Positions 36,565-45,687 of a stretch of 63,216 nt of DNA are shown in pieces. A model generated the notes under the pieces. It was given only the letters and a program-made list of their open reading frames with translations. It did not search any database and was not told the origin of the DNA. The translations under genes and the position numbers were made by a program. The DNA lies in contig CAZKZZ010000004.1 in assembly GCA_964557375.1 (NCBI GenBank), positions 5,904 to 69,119 of the forward strand. Direction: 5' to 3'. Every line of letters starts with the position of its first letter. The first letter of the stretch is position 1. The stretch is from an uncultured Spirochaetales bacterium (GTDB lineage Bacteria > Spirochaetota > Spirochaetia > SPDA01 > CAZJBZ01).

Positions 36565-38748
36565 TTACGCGAACAGTTCCCAGCAATGAAAAGACCCGCT
36601 GCTCCGCTCGAAATCGGCCGGAAAAGTTTCGCGGGTTATATCGACTAAATCGGCAAAGGTACGTATCCCCTCCTCATCCATTTTGAAATTCTTTGTGTTA
36701 GAGAGAAACAGAATACGTCCCTCCGGGTTCAGATGTTCCGCCGCCGATTTAAGCAGGGAGACGTGGTCTCTCTGCAGGTCGAATGTCTCTTTTCTGCTTT
36801 TTGAGTTGGAAAAGGTAGGGGGGCCGAGGAAAATGAGATCAAACGTTTCTTTTGAACCATAAAGCCACGAAAAACAGTCCTCCCGGGCAAGACGGTGTGC
36901 ACCGGCAGCAATGTTATTTTGATCAAAATTCCGTTTTGCCCAAGAAATGTAGGTATTGGAACTGTCTATGGAAAGAGAACTCCGAGCTCCGCCTGCCGCG
37001 GCATAGACTGTACCGGTTGCTGTGTAGCAGAATAGATTCAAAAAAGATTTTCCTCCGCACAACGACCGGATTTTGTCTCTTACAAAACGAGCATCGAGAA
37101 AGAGTCCTGTATCAACAAAATCTTCTAAATTGATAAGAAAGGTAAACTCTCCTTCCGTAATTGGAATGTACTCTTCTGTCTTCGCAAACCGATAATACTG
37201 CCGATTTTGTTTCATCCTGCGGCGGACTTTGACGTACATATTTTCACCCGCAATGCCGGTCAGGTCCGGTGCGTTTTCTACTATTTCCGCGAGTCTGGAG
37301 AATCGTTTTCCTCGATCGATCATGGGGGGAGGTTCATATTCTTGAACATGGAGGTATGTAGAATCGTAGATGTCAATGGCAACGGCGTATTCGGGGAGGT
37401 CTGCATCGTAGAGCCTGTAGCTGGTAATGTTGTTTTTTTCGAGCCACGGTTCGAGTTTCTTTCTGTTTTTCTCGAGCCGGTTGGAAAAATCATCAATATG
37501 TGATTTGTGGTGCGCGTTTCTACCCGCGGGGATAGGAATAAACGGACGGAATTTGTTTTCGTCGGCAATGGAAAAGTGATACAGTTTACAGGCGATGGGC
37601 CCATTTTGAATCGAATGGATCTTATGGGCGCGAAGCCCGACCGCTCTCCCTAACACCGTTTCAGCAGTGAGGACCCCCGCGTCCCACCCCGTGAAATACC
37701 GTTTACATATTCTGCCCAATAACTGATAGAGAGAGCGGAGATCTTCTCCTTCCCCTAAACGTTCTCCGTACGGAGCATTTGTTATGATGAGGCCGGACTT
37801 CGGCAGATCGCTCTGCCGCTCTACAGAATGGGGGAGGCGGCTGCCTAATGAGCCCAGTTCACACTGAGAAAACCGCACTACACCTTCCAAGCCGGCCCGC
37901 CGGCAGTTTTCCGCGGCCATGTGAACAGCTTTCCCGTCCCGGTCGAATCCGAAAAACCGATATGGTAGATTGTTTTCCGTTTCCAATACTCGAGAAGTAC
38001 GCATCTTCGCGTCATTTACAAGATTTGACCATTCTCCCTTTTTGTGGCCGTACCATCGATGGAATCCGTACTGCTCCCGGTTTGTCCTCGGCGGGAGCCC
38101 GAGGGCGATGAGTGCGGCTTCAATGACTAAGGTACCCGAGCCGCAGAGAGGGTCTACAAAAAAAGTATGCCCAGCGGCAATTTCAGGCCAGTTCATCCGG
38201 TAGAGAAGAGCTGAGGCAACGTTTTCTTTTAGGGGTGCTTCTGTCCTGCCTCTGCGATACCCCCGTTCGTGAAGACTGTCTCCCGCGAGGTCCACGTAGA
38301 ATGAAACGGAAGTATCTTCAATAAACGAATAGAACCGAAGCCCTGGATCCTTCTTGGATACCGACGGTCTTTTTCCGAGCGTATGGGTAAACCTGTCTGC
38401 AATGCCGTCTTTGACGAGGAGGGCCGCGTAATCATTGTTTTCGATAAAACTGTTTTTCACCCGGGCGGTAACGGAGATGGTGGTATCGGGACTGAACTGG
38501 TCTTCCCACCGAAGCGACGCGGAATAACCGCGAAGCTCTTCACCGGATTCAACCTTCCCTGTGTAGAGGCGCAGATAGACCCGGACAGCGATTCGTGACC
38601 ACAGGCATGCTTTATACCCTTCAGTGAGGGTCCCCTGAGCCTCGACACCCCGGCCGAGAGGCTTAACGGAAGAGAATCCGAGAGCGCGGAGTTCATCCGC
38701 GAGCAGGTCTTCCGTATTCGGTGCAGAAGAAACGAAATAGTGGTACAT
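36565..38748 (-). CDS. rlmL: bifunctional 23S rRNA m2G2445/m7G2069 methyltransferase RlmKL
   Basis: Trimmed to the ATG at 38748 (MYHYFVSSAPNTEDLL...). The 63-aa Arg-rich extension in the track overlaps the upstream kinase gene. THUMP plus methylase with NAPYGERLG motif, and a C-terminal second SAM-MTase domain. Confidence 0.85.
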   Translation of the reverse strand: MYHYFVSSAPNTEDLLADELRALGFSSVKPLGRGVEAQGTLTEGYKACLWSRIAVRVYLRLYTGKVESGEELRGYSASLRWEDQFSPDTTISVTARVKNSFIENNDYAALLVKDGIADRFTHTLGKRPSVSKKDPGLRFYSFIEDTSVSFYVDLAGDSLHERGYRRGRTEAPLKENVASALLYRMNWPEIAAGHTFFVDPLCGSGTLVIEAALIALGLPPRTNREQYGFHRWYGHKKGEWSNLVNDAKMRTSRVLETENNLPYRFFGFDRDGKAVHMAAENCRRAGLEGVVRFSQCELGSLGSRLPHSVERQSDLPKSGLIITNAPYGERLGEGEDLRSLYQLLGRICKRYFTGWDAGVLTAETVLGRAVGLRAHKIHSIQNGPIACKLYHFSIADENKFRPFIPIPAGRNAHHKSHIDDFSNRLEKNRKKLEPWLEKNNITSYRLYDADLPEYAVAIDIYDSTYLHVQEYEPPPMIDRGKRFSRLAEIVENAPDLTGIAGENMYVKVRRRMKQNRQYYRFAKTEEYIPITEGEFTFLINLEDFVDTGLFLDARFVRDKIRSLCGGKSFLNLFCYTATGTVYAAAGGARSSLSIDSSNTYISWAKRNFDQNNIAAGAHRLAREDCFSWLYGSKETFDLIFLGPPTFSNSKSRKETFDLQRDHVSLLKSAAEHLNPEGRILFLSNTKNFKMDEEGIRTFADLVDITRETFPADFERSSGSFHCWELFA

Positions 38749-38759
38749 CGATACACCTG

Positions 38760-39956
38760 TTATGAAGCGGCGGAGAAGGTAATGCGGAACTCGGCGCCGC
38801 CTTCCCGGTCCAATTCGATCGTACCTTCGAGTTGCCGGACGAGCAGGGTAACGAGGTTGAGTCCGAGAGAATCGGTATTTTCGATATCGATATGTTTGGG
38901 AAACGGTTTTCCGTTGTCTCCGATGATCAATTTCCACTTTTCATCTTCGCGGTGAAGATAAACGTAGATTCGATTCGTACCGTTCATGCCGCTGCCGCTG
39001 TCCGGAAATCCGTATTTCAACGCGTTGGTAATGAGTTCGGTAATGATGAGCCCGAGCGGTATCATCGTATCAATGGCAAACTGGGCCGGTTCGGCGTCGA
39101 TGTCCACAGCGATCTGTTCACTTTTTTCAGTAAAAGAGTCCGTCAAATTCGAAATGAGTTCTCCGACATAATCGCCAAAATCTATGTACGATAGATCTTC
39201 CGAACGGTACAGTTTCTCATGAATGAGACCGATGGATTGTATTCTCTGCTGACTCTGCTCAAAAATTGAAATCGTCTCTTTATCGCTCAAGTATGATTTT
39301 TGCAGACTCAGAAGACTGGAGATCATGGCTAAGTTGTTTTTCACTCGGTGGTGGATCTCTTTTAATAGGATCTCCTTCTCCTTAAGTGATTTTTCCACTT
39401 TCTCTCTGTACCGGACCTCTTCGGTGATTTCATTAACGGTCGTTTTACAGAGTAATGCTTCCGGCCCCGGTGTGTCTTCACTAATCGAGCTCTCGATTCG
39501 AGCGTAAAACTCGGACTGGTCCCTGCGTTTCAGCTTCAGTTCACACCGTGCCGGTTTTTTCTGTTCAAAGACATTCTTCAAATGTCTGAAAAAAAGTTCC
39601 TGATATCCGGTAGCAATGAAAGAGAGAAGCGGTTTGTTTATCAGGTAATTCCGGTCTACCCCCAATTGTTTACAGCCGGTGAGATTCACCTCCCGGATCA
39701 CACCGGAACGGTTGAATGAGAAATAGCCGACAGGCGCAAAATTGTACAGTTCCTGATACTTGTTTCTCGATTCTTCGAGTTCCGACTGGGTGCGCATCAA
39801 TTCTTTGTTTTGCATTTCCAGTTCGATCTGGTGCACCTGGAGTTCATGGACGAGTTCTTTGATTTCCCCGTCTTCTTTCAGCTGCAGATCTTCCGATTTG
39901 TTCTGAAGAATCTCTTCCGCCCGCTCCCGCAATTTTTTTCCGCTTGTGTTATCCAT
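38760..39956 (-). CDS. PAS-domain sensor histidine kinase, HisKA_2/HWE type
   Basis: 398 aa. N-terminal coiled coil, PAS, H-box EIHHRVKNNLAMISSLLSLQ, ATPase region ELITNALKYGF...DNGKPFP. Begins 17 nt after the CheB/CheR gene's stop. Confidence 0.85.
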   Translation of the reverse strand: MDNTSGKKLRERAEEILQNKSEDLQLKEDGEIKELVHELQVHQIELEMQNKELMRTQSELEESRNKYQELYNFAPVGYFSFNRSGVIREVNLTGCKQLGVDRNYLINKPLLSFIATGYQELFFRHLKNVFEQKKPARCELKLKRRDQSEFYARIESSISEDTPGPEALLCKTTVNEITEEVRYREKVEKSLKEKEILLKEIHHRVKNNLAMISSLLSLQKSYLSDKETISIFEQSQQRIQSIGLIHEKLYRSEDLSYIDFGDYVGELISNLTDSFTEKSEQIAVDIDAEPAQFAIDTMIPLGLIITELITNALKYGFPDSGSGMNGTNRIYVYLHREDEKWKLIIGDNGKPFPKHIDIENTDSLGLNLVTLLVRQLEGTIELDREGGAEFRITFSAAS

Positions 39957-39973
39957 ACTTCATATTCCTGCTA

Positions 39974-42508
39974 TTAGGTTCTCTCATAACGATCGAGTTG
40001 ATCACTCATCATCTTCAAATCCGAGATATCGACAAAGGTGATTACAACTCCTTCAATGAGATCCTCTGTCGTTTTGTATGGGAGAATACGCGACAAATAC
40101 CACTGAGCATCATGCAGCTCAATTTCTCGGTTTTTTTCTTCTCCCGTTTGCAGTACATCTTTAATATCTTCAAGAAAACCATCATAAATGTTCTGAAAAG
40201 AAAACAGTGCGATCGATCTGCCTATGTCGCTTTCAGTGAGATTGAACGGTTCGGGCAGATTCGGAGTAAATTTCCTGATGTTGAGATCACTGTCCAGAAA
40301 AAGGGTCCCGACCTCGGTGCTTGCTAAGAGATTGTCATAATCGTTGGTAAGATCGGTCAGCTCGTCTATTTTATTCTGATATTCCGCGTTTACGGTAATC
40401 AATTCTTCATTGACCGACTGCAGCTCTTCATTCGTACTCTGCAGTTCTTCGTTGGATGCTAATAGCTCTTCATTCGTGGCTTGGAGTTCTTCATTAGAAG
40501 TTTCGAGCTCTTCAACCGTAGCCTGCAAATTCTCTTTTGTAAACTGCAGTTCGTTTTCCAAGTCTTTTACCCGCTGGTTTGTTTTCGTCTCTGCAACGTA
40601 CACTTCTCCTTCTTCTTCGGGCGGGAGGGTCCCGGGGACCTCTTCGAAAATGATGAAAAGCTTATCAGTGTCATAGTTTTCTCGAGCTGCCGGGCGTACG
40701 ATGAGGTTTATTGTTGCTGTCTGATTGTCCTGTTTTATCAGGATGTCTCGATAGAATACCTCCTTTTTCTCCTGCCGCGCTTTGTGGCACGCCGTTCCCA
40801 CTGCAATGGAGAGTTCATCATGAATCATTTTGAAAATATTGAGGTTCATCCTTCCTTTTGCAAACCGAAGATATCGATTAACATCACCGAAAAAGTATTC
40901 CGGCTCGTTCTTGCCGTTAATCAAAATGGCGGCAGGTTCATAGGGGCCCATGAGTGCTTTGTAGTATTCGTTGAACCGGTCTGTTTCGGCTTTGTTCTTT
41001 TGCCCCTGACTTATCTGCCTCCTCTCGTAGTTGACGAGGTTGAGATTTCTGTTATTGATCAGCTCGGGATTAACGACACCGATTTTCTGATAGATTCTCA
41101 ATTTTTGGTCCAGCGGCTTGAATTGATTAACCATCTCTCCTATCGTTTCACTTTTTCCTAAAAAGAGGTATCCGCTCTGGTTTAGAGAAAAATGAAACAG
41201 GGAGAGTATTTTTTTCTGAGTTTGAGGCTGCAGGTAAATAAGAAGATTTCTGCAGGTTATCAAGTCCATTTTATTGAACGGAGGATCACTGATTACATTC
41301 TGCTGAGCAAAAAGGACCGTTTTACGTATCGTCTCTTCTACTACATACGAACCTTCTTTTCGGACAAAATACTTATTGAGCCGATCGGGAGAAATGTCTG
41401 CAAGAATACTCTCCGGATATATCCCGTGGCTTGCCTGCTCGACCATCTGTTTGTCCAGATCAGTGGCGAATATTTTTACATCAACCGATTCTCCAACGGT
41501 TTCGAGATATTCATGAAAGAGAATAGCTAAGGAGTACGCTTCTTCACCGGTCGAACAGCCCACGACCCACACTCTAATTGGTGTATTGGCCTTTCTGTTT
41601 GCAACCAATTTGGGGATTACACTGTTCTTTAATTCGTTAAACGCTTCGGTGTCCCTAAAAAACTTTGTCACTCCGATAAGCAGTTCTCTAGAAAGAATCC
41701 TCACTTCTTCCTGATGTGTTTCCATGTAGGAGATATACTCCTGGATGGTTGCAATTTGATTGATTCCCATCCGTTTTTCGATTCTGCGGATAATGGTGGT
41801 CGGCTTATAGTAGCTAAAATCGATATTTTCGCTGTTCTTTATGAGGGATAGAATTTTCGGAAGGCTGCTCCCCGTATGATGATTTGTCAGCGTTGTTTCA
41901 TCTCTTGTCGTGTGGATATGCTCGACGAACCGTATCAGCTCTTCCGGCATTTTTTCGGGAGCAAGGATAAAATCTACCATACCGATGGAGATTGCACTTC
42001 TCGGCATACCGTCGAACTTCGATGTAGCAATGTCCTGGACCATGACCATTCCGCCGTTACCTTTTATATCGCGGATACCGAGTGTGCCGTCCGAACCGGT
42101 ACCCGAGAGGATGATCCCGATTGCCCGGTCCTGCTTGTCCTCCGCGAGGGAACGAAAAAAGATATTAATCGGGAGATTGAGGCCTTGGGAATGGGAGATT
42201 TCGCTCAAATAGAGGTGGGAATGAAAGATGGTCATGCTCTTTTTGGGTGGGATGAGGTAGACACAGTTCGGCTCGACCTGCATGCCGTCTTCGACCCGGT
42301 AGACCCGCATTTTTGTGTGCTTGGAGAGCAGTTCGGCCATGAGGCTTTTGAAATCCGGCGATAAATGCTGAATTACGACGAAGGCCATTCCGTTATCAGG
42401 GGGCATATTCCTGAAAAAGGTCTCTAAGGCTTCGTATCCGCCGGCGGAGGCCCCGATGCCGACTACGTAAAAATTGTTCGATTTTTCTTCTTTGAGTTTG
42501 TTTTCCAT
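39974..42508 (-). CDS. CheB methylesterase / CheR methyltransferase fusion protein with coiled-coil and PAS regions
   Basis: 844 aa. CheB-like N-terminus (VVGIGASAGGYEALETFF...VVIQHLSPDF, GTGSDGTLG). CheR SAM domain (VWVVGCSTGEEAYSLAILF). Heptad NEEL repeats. C-terminal PAS-like domain. Confidence 0.85.
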   Translation of the reverse strand: MENKLKEEKSNNFYVVGIGASAGGYEALETFFRNMPPDNGMAFVVIQHLSPDFKSLMAELLSKHTKMRVYRVEDGMQVEPNCVYLIPPKKSMTIFHSHLYLSEISHSQGLNLPINIFFRSLAEDKQDRAIGIILSGTGSDGTLGIRDIKGNGGMVMVQDIATSKFDGMPRSAISIGMVDFILAPEKMPEELIRFVEHIHTTRDETTLTNHHTGSSLPKILSLIKNSENIDFSYYKPTTIIRRIEKRMGINQIATIQEYISYMETHQEEVRILSRELLIGVTKFFRDTEAFNELKNSVIPKLVANRKANTPIRVWVVGCSTGEEAYSLAILFHEYLETVGESVDVKIFATDLDKQMVEQASHGIYPESILADISPDRLNKYFVRKEGSYVVEETIRKTVLFAQQNVISDPPFNKMDLITCRNLLIYLQPQTQKKILSLFHFSLNQSGYLFLGKSETIGEMVNQFKPLDQKLRIYQKIGVVNPELINNRNLNLVNYERRQISQGQKNKAETDRFNEYYKALMGPYEPAAILINGKNEPEYFFGDVNRYLRFAKGRMNLNIFKMIHDELSIAVGTACHKARQEKKEVFYRDILIKQDNQTATINLIVRPAARENYDTDKLFIIFEEVPGTLPPEEEGEVYVAETKTNQRVKDLENELQFTKENLQATVEELETSNEELQATNEELLASNEELQSTNEELQSVNEELITVNAEYQNKIDELTDLTNDYDNLLASTEVGTLFLDSDLNIRKFTPNLPEPFNLTESDIGRSIALFSFQNIYDGFLEDIKDVLQTGEEKNREIELHDAQWYLSRILPYKTTEDLIEGVVITFVDISDLKMMSDQLDRYERT
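40400..40519 (-). repeat. six tandem 21-nt (7-codon) imperfect repeats encoding (S/T)NEELQ(A/S)
   Basis: Hand-phased units at 40400-40414 (partial), 40415-40435, 40436-40456, 40457-40477, 40478-40498 and 40499-40519, encoding TVEELET/SNEELQA/TNEELLA/SNEELQS/TNEELQS/VNEEL. Confidence 0.85.
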
Positions 42509-42694
42509 AATAATAATAATGGCTTATTATTTTCAAATAATATTGAATTTATAAGGAATTTTCCAGCCTCAATGTATAAAATGCATAAAAAATTATAGAA
42601 GAAAATATTTTTTTATTAAATAGCAAATATATATTGAAAAGTCTAAAAAATGGGGCTACCATTTATACTGCAAAACGTTAATAAGGAGTGACGC

Positions 42695-43351
42695 ATGAAA
42701 AGAATATTATTTGCATTGTTAGTCGTTGCCGTAGCACTGGCTTTTTTCTCCTGCGCAAGCCAGCCGGAACCTAAAGAGGAGCCGAAGGAAGAGGAAAAAG
42801 TAGAGGCGAAAGAAGAGAAAGTGGAAGAAGAAAAGGAAGAGGAGAAAGAAGAATCCTCCATGCCTTCAGACATCCCCGATTTTTATCTCATGCCTCCGGT
42901 GGCAGATGATGCTTTTTACGGAGTAGGGTCGGCGAAGATGTCCAAACTCGATACATCACGAAAAATGGCGATTGCAAGAGCACGGGAAGATATCGCCTTT
43001 CAGATGAATTCAAAAATCAAAGCCGCCATAACCGATTACGCCCAGGAAGCAGGTGTTGACGGCGGTAATCAGGTAATCAGTTTTGTAGAAACCGTATCGA
43101 AACAAATCACTGAGACTACTCTCATCGGTGCGAAAACAGAAAAAGTAGCGGCCGGTTCGGACGGAACCGTATACGCGCTGGTTTCCTATCCGATGAATAA
43201 ATTCGAAGACGCTGCAGCTCAGGAGTTTATGCGTAATGAAGATGCGGCATTTGCCGAGTTCAAGGCCCAGCAGGCACTGGACAGACTGAACTCGGAAATC
43301 CAGAATAATCCGCCCCAGGCCGGTCAATCTCCAGCCTCTCAGGGGCAATAA
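42695..43351 (+). CDS. LPP20-like lipoprotein (paralog 1)
   Basis: 218 aa. Good SD (AAGGAG). Lipobox LAFFSC. An E/K-rich linker, then PDFYLMPPVADDAFYGVGSAKMSKLDTSRKMAIARAREDIAFQM. Confidence 0.6.
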   Translation: MKRILFALLVVAVALAFFSCASQPEPKEEPKEEEKVEAKEEKVEEEKEEEKEESSMPSDIPDFYLMPPVADDAFYGVGSAKMSKLDTSRKMAIARAREDIAFQMNSKIKAAITDYAQEAGVDGGNQVISFVETVSKQITETTLIGAKTEKVAAGSDGTVYALVSYPMNKFEDAAAQEFMRNEDAAFAEFKAQQALDRLNSEIQNNPPQAGQSPASQGQ

Positions 43352-43375
43352 AAAAACGCCGCTCGCACCGTTACA

Positions 43376-44329
43376 ATGCATTTCATATTGTTCCGGAACG
43401 GTTTGAAAAAACCGTTCCGGATTTCTTTCATTATATTAATAATTCTATTCGCTGCCGTCTCATGTGCCACCTCTCCGCCCCCTGAGGGCCCCGCGGATAA
43501 CGGCGGAAGAGAAAAACCGGAACCTGCCCTGGAAGAGGAAGTAAAGGGTGCGAGCACAGAAGAGGAGGCCCGAGCGGCATCAGGGTCTAAAGATTCTGTC
43601 CCAGCGGAAGACCCTGTTCCAGAGGAAAAACCTGCTCAACAGCCGTCATCGTTTCTTGCTGTGTTATGGGACACAACCCCGGACGAAGGAAATCCGGTTT
43701 TTTGCGGTGTCTCCGCCCGTCAATTAGACCGGGATGAGGAAAAACAACGTGCTCTAGAAGATGCAGCCAGGCAGGCCTCCATGTATTTCGGACTCATCGG
43801 GCGGGCGAAATTCTTAAAACAGAATACCACCGGAAGTATCGGCTATCTGCAGGATATAGACATCGGCTATGATGAGGAGCTTGCGGCACAGTTGGTCGAC
43901 CGTTTGGAAATAATGCTCGAATATCAGGACAGTCGGTCCACCTTTGTCAAAGTAGTTCTCCCTTCAATCACTATGGACGCTGTTCCCTACAACGCCGGTC
44001 AGTTACCTCGCAAAACACCCGTCTGGATTCTCACTCCTCCTGAAATACCGGGAAAATTGGTGGGAGTAGGGGTTGCTCAGAGGAAAAGACTGACCTCGGA
44101 CAGTATTGCCACCGCTGATGAGAAAGCAGTAGAAGAATTATTGACTCAGGTATCGACTACAATTCAGACTATCCAGTCGGAACGTACTATTGACAGCGTG
44201 GGGACACTGCACGATACTACAAGTCTAGAAGTGGCAAAAGCGGAACTGGACGGCTATTATGTCCTCTCTCGATGGCAGGAGGGCAACTATTATTATACTT
44301 TGGCTATCTGTAATAGACCAAAGAAATAA
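43376..44329 (+). CDS. lipoprotein with two LPP20-like modules (paralog 2)
   Basis: 317 aa. Lipobox FAAVSC. Module A NPVFCGVSARQLDRDEEKQRALEDAARQAS. Module B TPVWILTPPEIPGKLVGVGVAQRKRLTSDSIATADEKAVEELL. No SD before the ATG at 43376, so the start is uncertain. Confidence 0.5.
   Translation: MHFILFRNGLKKPFRISFIILIILFAAVSCATSPPPEGPADNGGREKPEPALEEEVKGASTEEEARAASGSKDSVPAEDPVPEEKPAQQPSSFLAVLWDTTPDEGNPVFCGVSARQLDRDEEKQRALEDAARQASMYFGLIGRAKFLKQNTTGSIGYLQDIDIGYDEELAAQLVDRLEIMLEYQDSRSTFVKVVLPSITMDAVPYNAGQLPRKTPVWILTPPEIPGKLVGVGVAQRKRLTSDSIATADEKAVEELLTQVSTTIQTIQSERTIDSVGTLHDTTSLEVAKAELDGYYVLSRWQEGNYYYTLAICNRPKK
43392..43431 (+). terminator. rho-independent terminator-like hairpin inside the first codons of paralog 2
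   Basis: Perfect 13-bp stem TCCGGAACGGTTT (43392-43404) / AAACCGTTCCGGA (43409-43421) with a GAAA tetraloop, followed by TTTCTTTCATT. Lies 41 nt after the paralog 1 stop. Confidence 0.7.
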
Positions 44330-44344
44330 CAGAAACAATACCAT

Positions 44345-45661
44345 ATGATGAGAAGGGTCACTAACTATACACTTTTCTCTTTTATTGTTTTTTTCGCCGT
44401 TCTCTCTCTCTCCGCGGTACATGGTGAGGAAGAACCTCCGGAGTGGCTGTATAATCCCCCTGCAGGGGACCCCGATTACTTTATCGGGATCGGGAACAGT
44501 GAGAACCGCCGGACAGCCCGGGAGTTAGCACTCATGGAGCTCTCATCATCCATATCAACCACGATTGAGAGTGAGCTGGTAGTCAATACTGTAGACACCG
44601 GTGAAACGCTTACCGAAGAACTGAAAATCCGGATTCGAGAACGGGTCAAGCAGAAACTGCGCGGCCATGAACTCTACGACTCGTTTTATTCTCCTAAGTC
44701 GGGATACTGGGTGTATTACCGGCTTTCCAAACAGGAGTTCCGCAGGCAGCGGGATGAATTGGCCGATCGGGTATTGGAACTGCTCCGTTCCGGGGACGAC
44801 CCCGATTATGCTGTTTCCGAACGGGTTTCGATGTATGCAAAGGCATGGGGACTCATTAATGATTCACCCTGGGCGGGGACTCTCGTAGGCATTCTTCCTA
44901 ATGAAAAAGGAGCTTTGATCGATGTCGTAGAAAAGCGTCTTTCGAGATTGATCGGGTCATTGTCGATACAGGTTACTCCTGAGAGGCTGTTATTCAGTCC
45001 CGAAAGCGGGGTGGACCTAACAGTAGAGATTTCTTCTTCGATCTCTTCCCTGCCCGGGCGGTTTCAGGTGGTTGTCAATGAAGAGAATACCGGACGGGAG
45101 ACGGCGACCTTTTCTACCGGCGAGAGGGGAGAGTTTAACGGGGAAGTCGGCTTTGAAGGGCTGGATCTCGGAAAACACGAGCTCGAAGTGACGCTCGATA
45201 CCGAGCGGTTGGGTTTACACGAGGCATTGGCTTATAAGCTTCTCCTGCCCGAGAAACGGATCATCGCGGAACTGCAGCAGAAGGCCATCGGACTTACCGT
45301 TGAAACGCGAAACGGCGATGAACTCTCCGGAATAGACGGCTCGGTCCGCTCGCTTCTAACCGATAAGCTCACCTATCAGATAACACCGGATGCGGGAGAT
45401 AACGGCCCGCACCTGTATACGACGATCTTCTTTAGACAGGCACCCCCGAACGATTACGGTCTGACCATCGCCTACGCAAAGGCCCAGTTTACCGTAAAAC
45501 GGGGAGAGCGGGTCCTCGCTTCGTTCGAAACAGCTGAGAGTAAAGACGGCGGTCTCGACAGTTACCAGGCAAAGACGAGGGCTTTCGCCAAGTTGATGGA
45601 CCAGTTAAAAACCGACAATTCCCTGGCCGAAAAGATTGAAACAGCCGCCTCTTACCGGTAA
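44345..45661 (+). CDS. secreted protein with N-terminal LPP20-like module and two further domains (paralog 3)
   Basis: 438 aa. Signal peptide FSFIVFFAVLSLSAVHG. PPEWLYNPPAGDPDYFIGIGNSENRRTARELALMELSSSIS. Unrecognised middle and C-terminal domains. Confidence 0.5.
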   Translation: MMRRVTNYTLFSFIVFFAVLSLSAVHGEEEPPEWLYNPPAGDPDYFIGIGNSENRRTARELALMELSSSISTTIESELVVNTVDTGETLTEELKIRIRERVKQKLRGHELYDSFYSPKSGYWVYYRLSKQEFRRQRDELADRVLELLRSGDDPDYAVSERVSMYAKAWGLINDSPWAGTLVGILPNEKGALIDVVEKRLSRLIGSLSIQVTPERLLFSPESGVDLTVEISSSISSLPGRFQVVVNEENTGRETATFSTGERGEFNGEVGFEGLDLGKHELEVTLDTERLGLHEALAYKLLLPEKRIIAELQQKAIGLTVETRNGDELSGIDGSVRSLLTDKLTYQITPDAGDNGPHLYTTIFFRQAPPNDYGLTIAYAKAQFTVKRGERVLASFETAESKDGGLDSYQAKTRAFAKLMDQLKTDNSLAEKIETAASYR

Positions 45662-45687
45662 ACTGCCGGAGATGGAGGCGGATTTAC

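Noticed and set aside
38749-38937. A 63-aa Arg-rich N-terminal extension of the rlmL ORF (MEIDHRRQRKTVSQTYRYRKYRF...).
   Set aside because: It overlaps the 3' end of the upstream histidine kinase gene in another frame and has no similarity to RlmL N-termini. The ATG at 38748 begins the conserved THUMP region 11 nt after the kinase stop.
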